A DNA stretch of 59,572 nucleotides, counting the filler, from Basidioascus undulatus (taxonomy: Eukaryota): assembly GCA_000826855.1 (NCBI GenBank). It is 10 parts of 10 records of this genome, joined end to end, with 100 filler letters (N's around TTAATTAATTAA, not from the genome) between each part and the next. Parts side by side here need not be neighbours in the genome. Positions count along the whole stretch, not along the records: positions 47,783 to 53,628 come from JTLS01001860.1; positions 53,729 to 59,572 come from JTLS01001861.1; 8 more parts are not named here. The stretch is one strand, 5' to 3'. The translations under genes and the position numbers were made by a program. The notes beneath the pieces were generated by a model. That model was not told where the DNA came from. It ran no database searches and saw only the letters and a program-made list of their open reading frames with translations. Of the stretch, positions 51,878-59,572 are shown piece after piece; position 1 is the stretch's first letter; every line of letters starts with the position of its first letter.

Positions 51878-52966
51878 TGTTCTACGCCGCCTCCCCGCTC
51901 TCCCATCTCGCCTCGAAACAGAGCACCCCGCACTCCCCCAACCGACGGTCCACCGCTTTCTCTCGGCCGCCCCGACGCAGGCCGCATTCGACCATCGCGC
52001 GTGGTGCCTCGCGTACCAGCGGGGCAACGCCCGCGCGCCTCTCATGCGGCTTCTCCGTGCTCTAGCGGACCCGTACCGCGGGACGACTTCCAGAGCTTCC
52101 TCAAGGCCGCAGTCGACGATGAGAGAATGTTGGACATGGTTATCAAGTCGCTGATCGATGAGCTTCAGTCACGGGTCGGGGAAGAGTCAAAGGCGGAGGT
52201 CTTCGAGTCCACAGTCAGCTTTCTTGTGATCGCGCTCGAGAAGGCGGAGAACCAAAGGTGCGTCCTCTTCTACCCATAAAAACGCTTGCCGTTGAAGGCC
52301 GTATACACCGCTTTCACGGCGGTCCTGGCTCGAAATCAAATCTGCCTTTGGTCCGTATTGAGCGGCGTAGCGCTGTGGCTCACGACCCTGCAGCGTCCGT
52401 ATCAGTGTTCGTTACCATCTCCTCCTACTGTCCGTCAACGTGTTCTGACATCCTCCCTCCCAATAGCTTTCTATCTCTGCCTTCTCTTTGCGATGAACCA
52501 GCAGCTTTTGCGGCATCCTGCGCTGCGCGGTTCTCGCGTCGACCCGCCCTCCGCGCACTCTCAACCTGCGCGTTTTCCGCGCGAGTGATGCGCTCGTTGC
52601 GGCCTCGGGGCTCGACGCCGCCATTCTAGAAGTCTGGACGCACATGCTCGCGCTCGTCCGGGACGGGCCGACCTGCGGCCTACCGGAGTGCGAGGTCCCG
52701 GGGACGAAGCGCTGCGGGAGATGCCATGGCATGAGATACTGCACGAAGGAGCATCAGGCCGCGTACGCACTCCATTTTCCCCTGGTGTTTCCTAAATGTA
52801 GGAGTAACACAGCGCTGACGTGGTTGTATTGTGGTGTAACGTCAGAGACTGGCCGCGGCATAAACGTTTATGTCAGAGGGCGAGCGACGTGGTCGAGGAG
52901 AGCGCGCACAGTGTCGCGGATTCATTCGATAGTCTCAGGTTGGATCAGCTTATCAATTTGCTTTGA
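51878..52966 (+). pseudogene. MYND-type zinc finger gene; upstream exons apparently frameshifted
   Basis: C-terminal CGLPECEVPGTKRCGRCHGMRYCTKEHQAA-DWPRHKRLC is a canonical MYND finger. No continuous frame can be spliced through 52340-52510. Confidence 0.6.
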
Positions 52967-53412
52967 GGGGCTGTGAAAGGACGACTGTTGTTTGGTTCCT
53001 GCCGGTGCAGCAGCGGTGGGGGTCCCTGCCGACTTCCCTCGCTGTGTGCGCGCCTCGCACTGGCAACCCGCTAATCCACAATCGTACGGCACTTTCCGTT
53101 ATTCTTATGCAGCGCGGAAAGCTCGGGAAGCAATGCGAAATGCCGCCGAGTCGATGCATTGAGGCAGTCTTTCCTTCAAGACGCTCTGTCAGCACTTAAG
53201 TCACCTCCACCGCAGTCATCTCGATGCAGGACGGCACGCAGAAACGGTGAATGAGCAAGGGCCAATGGCGGTATTCGTCGTTGTCGTATATGGTGGGAGA
53301 ATGATTTCGTGCGAACAGGACATGTAGGATTGCGGCAAAATGTCGTTTAGATGCAAGCGAGAGCGGATGTTCAGGGAAGCCCAGTGAAAGAAGTCCAGGA
53401 GAAAAGTCCAGC

Positions 53413-53628
53413 TCAGAGGAACGGCACCTGGTCCATCTCGCCCGTGACCGCGAGCTCCTCATCAAAGTCGTCGTCGAGCGGCTGGTCGTCCACATCGTCG
53501 CCCTCCCCGTCCCCGCGCTGCCTCTGGCGGTGATCAAACTCGTTCCGGTCGTCGTCGTCGTCATCCAGGCGCCGGCGCGCCTCGAGCTCGTCCGCGCCGA
53601 AGAACTGGCTGTCGTCAAAGCTGCCGGG
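53413..53628 (-). CDS. 3' end of an unidentified acidic protein
   Basis: ...DDSQFFGADELEARRRLDDDDDD...DDDFDEELAVTGEMDQVPFL* at a contig edge, with strong GC3 bias. Confidence 0.45.
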   Translation of the reverse strand, partial: PGSFDDSQFFGADELEARRRLDDDDDDRNEFDHRQRQRGDGEGDDVDDQPLDDDFDEELAVTGEMDQVPFL

Positions 53629-53728
53629 NNNNNNNNNNNNNNNNNNNNNNNNNNNNNNNNNNNNNNNNNNNNTTAATTAATTAANNNNNNNNNNNNNNNN
53701 NNNNNNNNNNNNNNNNNNNNNNNNNNNN

Positions 53729-54883
53729 GCAGACCACGCCTGGGTGGGAGACGCTGAACTCGGGGGGAAGGGAGAGCACGGTGGGAGTTGAGATGGCGTG
53801 GAAGGCGTGCGTGGGGTGGATGAAGGGCGTGCGGGGCTGGCAGGTCGCGCAGGTGTCCTGTTGCCCCACCACCGGCGTAAGTAACTTGAGAGGGAAATGG
53901 GGGAATTGGAAGGATGGAAAGAGACCCACGTAGTCGGGGCACGACATGCACTTGTACCGTGTGCCAGTGATGCGGGTCGAGCAGACGTCGCACGTCGCTG
54001 CGTGCTTGGCGGGGGCGGCTCCGGGGCGTAAGGGCGCGGGAGCAGAGACGAGGGGGGTCTTGGGGATGGGCCCGTCGCCCGGGCGCGCGATGCGGATGAA
54101 GCCGTCGTGCGTGTGCACGTCCTTCCCGAGGCACGAGGAGCAGAGGTCGTAGTCCGCGCAGGAGACGCACTGTCCCACCAGCCCATGGGTTGTGCTTCGC
54201 GGGGAGGAGGCGGGATGTGGACGCAGACGCACCTTGTACCGAACGCCCTTGATCCGGTCATCGCACCCATCGCAGATCGCCGCATGAAGCGACTCCTCCT
54301 CCTCCGCCTTCTTGCCCGACTCAAAGGGGTACGCGCCAGGCACGGAGACGGGCGCAGGCACGTCCGGCTCGAACGAGTCCATCGTGCGCCGGAGGGTCGC
54401 GATGAAGCTGTCCATCATCTCCCTGAGCTCGCGCTTCGACGCCGGAGCCTGCGCTGGGTCCACGGTAGGGACATAAAGCGAATTCCTTGCCGAGGGCGGC
54501 GGAACGGGCGCGGGAGCGAGGAGGGGCGGCGGGCCGACGACGACCTCGAGGCGGAGGAGGGTCGCGTCCGCCACCCACGCCGGCTGGCTCGCAGCCCAGC
54601 TCGAGGCGTCCACGACGGGCCCGGCGAAGGACGCGCCCTTGTCGAACGACTGCCAGGTAAATCCGACGAGCGAAATGCGCTCGTTGGCGGCAAGGGAGAA
54701 CAGCTTGAGGATCTGTGCATCAGATCCCGCCCATCCAAGGTCAGACTCCCGCCGATCGGTTCCGCCGGGAGATGGACAACGCACCTGCTCGACGAGATGC
54801 TCATACGTCGGCACGCCCTGGGGGAATACGTGCTTGCGCACTTCTCGGCGCGCGCGGTAGGCGATCTTCACGTTCAGTAACAT
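53729..54883 (-). CDS. NBR1-like selective autophagy receptor (PB1-like N-terminus + tandem ZZ fingers), 5' part
   Basis: N-terminal VKIAY..EVRK..F....PTYE.L; ZZ1 [31 protein letters not shown]; ZZ2 HAATCDVCSTRITGTRYKCMSCPDYDTCATC; ZZ3 begins HPGVVC at the contig edge. Confidence 0.8.
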
Positions 54884-55879
54884 GACGGGAGATGAACCAG
54901 ATGAAGGTCGGGAGAGGGACGGCGATGCGTGTGCGCTTCATCCGGCGACTATCGCAGGAGGCAGTGTCACGTGCATTCGCATTCGATAACGCTGTGCTTC
55001 ATAGCCGAGACATAAGGGCGTCTTCGAGTCTTTGTTTCGGATCGCAGAGGTAAATGCAGATATACCCACTTTGCGGATGAAGATCGTGGTCACTATTGGT
55101 GTCCGGCCGTGGGGCAGCATCCTGGCTGCGAAGGCGTTGATGGAAGGGTCGTTTCACAAACTGCATTGCCGTTGAGCCACTCTCAAACTTGTTCGAGTCG
55201 TCTTTACATTTGCAGTGCGCTGAATTGTAAAGATACTTGTACTTCCTTCCAGGCATGTAAATATGCCATCTCGGTCAGAAGTGAAGCACAGTACTGTCGA
55301 ATGACCGCAGAAATCCAACATGTTTTCATCACAGTCGTCTTGGCGCACCCAAGAGGCGACAATGATACGAAGATACTATTGTTCATCACAGCTCCCCCTC
55401 AAGTGAGCAAAAACAAACAAGCGAGCAACCGCACTCGCGAAGGCAACAATGCATACTGCGCATCGCACCTAATCAAATGAGAGTGAGTTTCAAAGAAAGT
55501 GTCCAGTAGTTACCCTAACCAGCCCAACAATCCTACTCAAAAGTGTCCTTTAGAAACAAATTGGTGAGAGCCCTCTCAGTGCTCAGTGGCCCTGCTGCCC
55601 CCGCCAGTTCCCCCACGCATTCCGCCACCAGTCCTTCCACGCGTTCCAGCGGTCCCAATAGTTCCCTGTTCCTCCCCCTTCCCACTAATCAGCTTCATCC
55701 ATTCCTTCACGTTCACAATGAAAATAGACAGACGCACAGCCGTCGTTGCCGCCCGGCGTCTCGGGCTCCGGTTGTTCAGGGGAGGTGCTGGGCGTGGGCT
55801 CGCTGGCGGGGTGGGAGCGGACGGGGAGGCGGGAGTAAGGGAAAGGAAAAGGCGGGAGGAAGGAAGGGGGAGACTCTCG

Positions 55880-57453
55880 AGGTGGGAGGAGGTGGGAGGA
55901 TGATGGTGTACACCTCGCTCTGGGTGCTCGAGAGGGCGCTGCTTGCCGTCGAGCTCGCCGACTCGGTCGTGGACAGCGCGTCGCTCGTCGTCGAAGAGGC
56001 GGCGGAGGAAGTGCTCGACTCGACGCCGACGAGGAAGTCGAGGCGGTGTCCGCGCAAGTCCACCTGCATCAGTCGCATTGCCCGACCTCAAGCCGGAAGC
56101 CTGGAATGCACGCACGATGCGTCCCGCTCCTGACGGCTCCCCAACAACCTCATACGCCGGCAGCCCCAGACAGTCCGCTGCCGTGAGGAGCTGGTACCCC
56201 GCGGCGGCGAGCGCCGGAACGGACGTGTGCAGTGCCTCGTACGATACTTGCTGGACCTCGTGCGACCTTCCAATCCACACAGGTTTCAATACGCTGCGAG
56301 GAAGTGAGTGGGGAGGGCAGGGGACGGACAGTGTCACGCGGGGCGCTTTACTGTGGGACAATTTTTGGGCTTAGTGTTGGGTGGGAAAGTGGGTAAGTGG
56401 GGGTTGGAAGGTGTAGCGGACCTGGTGTCGTTAGCGATCCCAGTGTAGAAGTCAATTGACTCCTGCGTCGTCGCCACGCCCGTGCTCTCCCCGCTGTCAT
56501 CACTCCAGAGGACGACGGTCTTCTTGTGGTCTGCAGTCACACCTATCAACCACCATTCTTCTCTGGTTCGTGGCTTGGAGGCGCACGTTTTGGAGGTACG
56601 TCGCCGTACGGCGGGCGAATGAAGTTCGGGAGGATCTCGATGAGCGCTTCGTCGAGCTATGCGTCTCCCCCATCTCCGATCAGTAAGAAGTGGAGGAACA
56701 GGTTGGGGGGACAGGGAGAGGCGCACCCGCGTGATTTCGGTGTCTATTTGCGCTTCGGTCAGCTGGGTGCTGTGGGGGTGACTGTGAGGGGCACAGCGTC
56801 AACGGGGCGTCGAGCAAGGTTTTTGGGGGGCGTGGGATGGGACGGACCTCCAGGCGTGGTGCCCTGTTGTCGGTTTGTGAGTCTGATTGCAACGCTCACC
56901 GATCTGATGTCCCGCAGCATATGAGCTTGAGCCGCGCAACATTCTCTTCATTGTAGATGCAGCCCTGCACAATCGAACCCCCAGAATAAGCAAATCCCTT
57001 TTTCCTCGAGCCACACAATCACTTACCCAGTTGTTGCCTGGCCGGATGAATGGTTTTCAGCGTCCTGAACAGTCGGATGAGCTGGAGCTGGCGCGACGTG
57101 CCGTTGATAGAAAGTCGTCTTCCCCCGACATCCATGAAGTTGTTGGAGACTGGTCTTCCCATATGTACGGGCCATGTTTGTCAAGCCGGGGAGGAGTGGT
57201 AGAGCTGGTGTTTTTCGTGAAGGGCGTTAGACATGGGTAGGTAAACGCACGTCGTCCAAAGTGTACGCGAGGCCAGTGTTGCAGTTCTGCACCCATCCCG
57301 TGTCAGCTCCAGCTCCAACTAGTCTCCCCAGCTTCACTCGAAGAAGAACACGCACTGAGTGGGACAGTTGTTCCGCGCCCTCCGGTGCGAGGGCCGGGCG
57401 AGAACCAGGGGCACAGCGAGGACGAGGAGCGCGAGCGGCTTTGGGAGCACCAT
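55880..57453 (-). pseudogene. Secreted chitin deacetylase (CE4/NodB domain + Ser/Thr-rich tail), disrupted
   Basis: Signal peptide MVLPKPLALLVLAVPLVLA; AYTLDD/GPY; TTFYINGNNWGCIY; YAAGHQIGHHAWSHP; FIRPPYGD; VVLWSDDSG; SHEV..GYQLLTAADCLG; RDASWTC. Several frameshifts, and the acceptor before GPY reads CAT instead of CAG. Confidence 0.85.
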
Positions 57454-58011
57454 CGCTGTGCGCTCAAAGAAAGCTAAACGAAAGTGTTCAGTAACCCAAT
57501 AGAAAGAGGGTGGTAGTGAATGTGGGTGCCGTAAACAGAAAGACAAGTGGGCGGGCGCTGCCCCAACGACCAGACGAGCGAAGGAGGAGCAAACGACGCG
57601 GTGCGAGGGGAATCCTCTTATACGCCCTCCTTCACACCCCCTGGAGGCACTTCCCAAAAACGCTCATGAACTCGCCCTGCCGTCTCCGAACGAGGCGGCG
57701 GCCAAACGGTGCGATACGAAGGCAGGGGCTAGCGTTCAACGGGGCATGCGCCCATCGTTTTGCGGTGAAGCCGAGAGCCCACCGGTGCCGTCAACTGCCC
57801 TCAGAAGAGGTCCAGGACGTCATGGGAGCCCGGCACCCCTGTACAAAATCATGTCGGAGAAGGGAAATCAGCCAAGGCTCGAGGTGTCGAGGTGTGACGG
57901 TAAGGGCCTGGGAGGGAACAGCGAGCGTTGCGACGCCTCACGAACGGCTGCCGCTTCCGGCGTAGATATCGCCATCCAGTGGCTCCTGTATTAAAGAATG
58001 CTGGCCACACG

Positions 58012-58128
58012 CCCCAGGGTGGGGAACCTCCTCTCCGTCATGTGGAGAACCTCTCCAGCCGTTGGAGACACACTCCACCAGGTGGAGAATGAGTCTGCAG
58101 CATGGAGGTTTCTTCCATGGGGTGGAAA
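58012..58128. repeat. 20-bp-period array of short inverted repeats (YTCC-N7-GGAR)
   Basis: Right arms GGAGA/GGAGG/GGAAA start at 58044, 58064, 58084, 58104 and 58124. Left arms TCTCC/ACTCC/CTTCC start at 58032, 58052, 58072 and 58112. The centres vary. Confidence 0.8.
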
Positions 58129-58274
58129 GCCCCTATAAAGCATGGGAAACATCACCGCCAGGTTCATCCAAAGTTAGAAGGGTGTGAGAGCCCTGTACTG
58201 TGTCATTGTAGAGAGTCTGCGCCTCTTACACCTGCAGTGACAGCTGTGGCGCAACACTGACTTCAGGCCAGTTT

Positions 58275-58540
58275 AGTACTTCCTGAAGCTCACCCAGCTG
58301 GAATCATGACCAATAAATGTGTTCAATTGCTGGAAAGAAAGTGGTATGTGACTGCGCTTCAAGCAGGCTGAGTTACAGTGACTTCACCTTACTAACCAAG
58401 ACTGGTTTTGTTTTGTCCATTGCTGCTTCCACTGAAGCTCACCCAGATGTAAATCTGATCAAGAGTTATGTTCAATCCCTGTGTTTAAAGTTGTAGGTCA
58501 CTGCGATTCAAGCGGGTTGAGCTACAGAAGTCACTCTTGC
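58275..58540. repeat. Diverged tandem duplication with 149-bp period
   Basis: ctgaagctcacccag at 58283 and 58432; actgcg(c/a)ttcaagc(a/g)gg(c/t)tgag(t/c)tacag at 58351 and 58500. Confidence 0.8.
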
Positions 58541-59572
58541 GCCCCAGCTGCTACACCCGCGAACTGCTGTAGCTTAGCCCGCTCACAGCACAGTGATGTT
58601 CAGAAACACCTTTTTGTCAGGACCTCCAGGCCTGACAGTAGTCAGGTTTTGCCAGTGCATCAGCCACGGTCTTCCGGGTGTTTGATATGCGAAGTACACT
58701 GTAGTACAGCCCACACTCGCGATATTGCAACGCCGTGACGAAGAACCACATCTCATTTTGATTGTACCGCTTTGAACTTGCTTGCACCATCAAGGACTGT
58801 GCTTTTCATCCTTTTCATCCCCTCCCTTCAAGCTCTGCCGAGAAGCATGAGTACTGCAAATTTACTGAACATGACCGTTAACAACTGTCATCGCGACGCA
58901 TGTCCGCCTCCGCATTCCCCCCCTTCCCTCCCCCTCCCCACCCAGCTTATAGAACCCGATCTGAACAGTATGCTCAACTTACTCAAACTTGATATAACGG
59001 CGGTAGGCAGGGCGTTAGCGGTGAGGAGCTCAAGACGCGGACAGCCCGGACGGCTAATCGTACCACCTCGTCAAGGTGTTTTCTTTCCGTGCCGGCGCAG
59101 TAGGCCTCTCAAAGACCGCTGTCGTTCGAGCACAAAATAAAGGCTTCTCGTTTCCGAAGGCTTGATAGAATGCGGATGGACGGGCCAGAATATAAAGGCT
59201 AGAGCAAAAGGTGTAACATGGACCCCAGCCAACGTGCAACATGCAGTTGAGCGGCGTAATCACAGCACCTCCCACCCTCCATCCAGCTCCCACACCTCCT
59301 CCCGCCCCTCCATCCACTCCAGCGCATCGCTCACCGCCCACGCCCCCAGCCTCTCCCACCTCTCCTCCCGTCTCCTCAGCGCCGCACAAATTCGCTCCAC
59401 ATCCATCTTCGCCCTCGGGCGCCTCCTCCCCGTGCCATTGTTTTCTTGCAGCAGGGAGAGGATCGCTGGCGCTAGCAGCGCGGGGGAGACAGGGAGGTAG
59501 GCCTCTTCTTGGTGGTAGGGGGAGGAGGGGTTGAGATACGAGGGCGGGAGGTGGAAGGTCGAGGAGAAGGAG

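Noticed and set aside
54107..54880. 257-aa plus-strand ORF and similar long Arg/Pro/Gly-rich ORFs (36201-36824, 36989-37741, 10778-11341)
   Set aside because: Antisense shadows of GC3-rich real genes on the minus strand.
58012..58128. CRISPR array
   Set aside because: Period is only 20 nt with 7-nt variable centres, there are no cas genes, and the contig is eukaryotic.

Overview
This window is not one locus. It is ten unrelated ~5.85-5.9 kb contigs, sorted by decreasing length and joined by artificial 100-nt linkers (N44-TTAATTAATTAA-N44). Nine contigs come from an intron-rich fungus, probably a basidiomycete (Pucciniomycotina-like; this placement is inference). One contig (23956-29820) is a gammaproteobacterial rRNA operon (16S, tRNA-Ile, tRNA-Ala, 23S, start of 5S) with three tandem sigma70 promoters. 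Fungal genes whose visible parts splice cleanly by hand: complex I 49-kDa subunit (3' part), Pmp3/Sna proteolipid, Trm4/Ncl1 (3' part), acyl-CoA oxidase (3' part), Pol delta small subunit, NatC Mak31/Naa38, NrtA/CrnA nitrate transporter and an NBR1-like multi-ZZ protein. A divergent histone H2A is also present but needs one non-canonical splice donor. Several accessory genes carry stops, frameshifts or broken splice sites: Pra1/Aspf2 zincophore, chitin deacetylase, TPR-DUF4470-like, F-box-like, SDR, MYND and a conserved hypothetical. This points to selective gene decay. The best unexplained signals are a 20-bp-period palindrome array (58012-58128), the H2A variant lacking the SQ motif, and the broken zincophore with no adjacent ZIP transporter. 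I found no convincing new multi-gene system. All identifications rest on recognising motifs by eye, with no database search.
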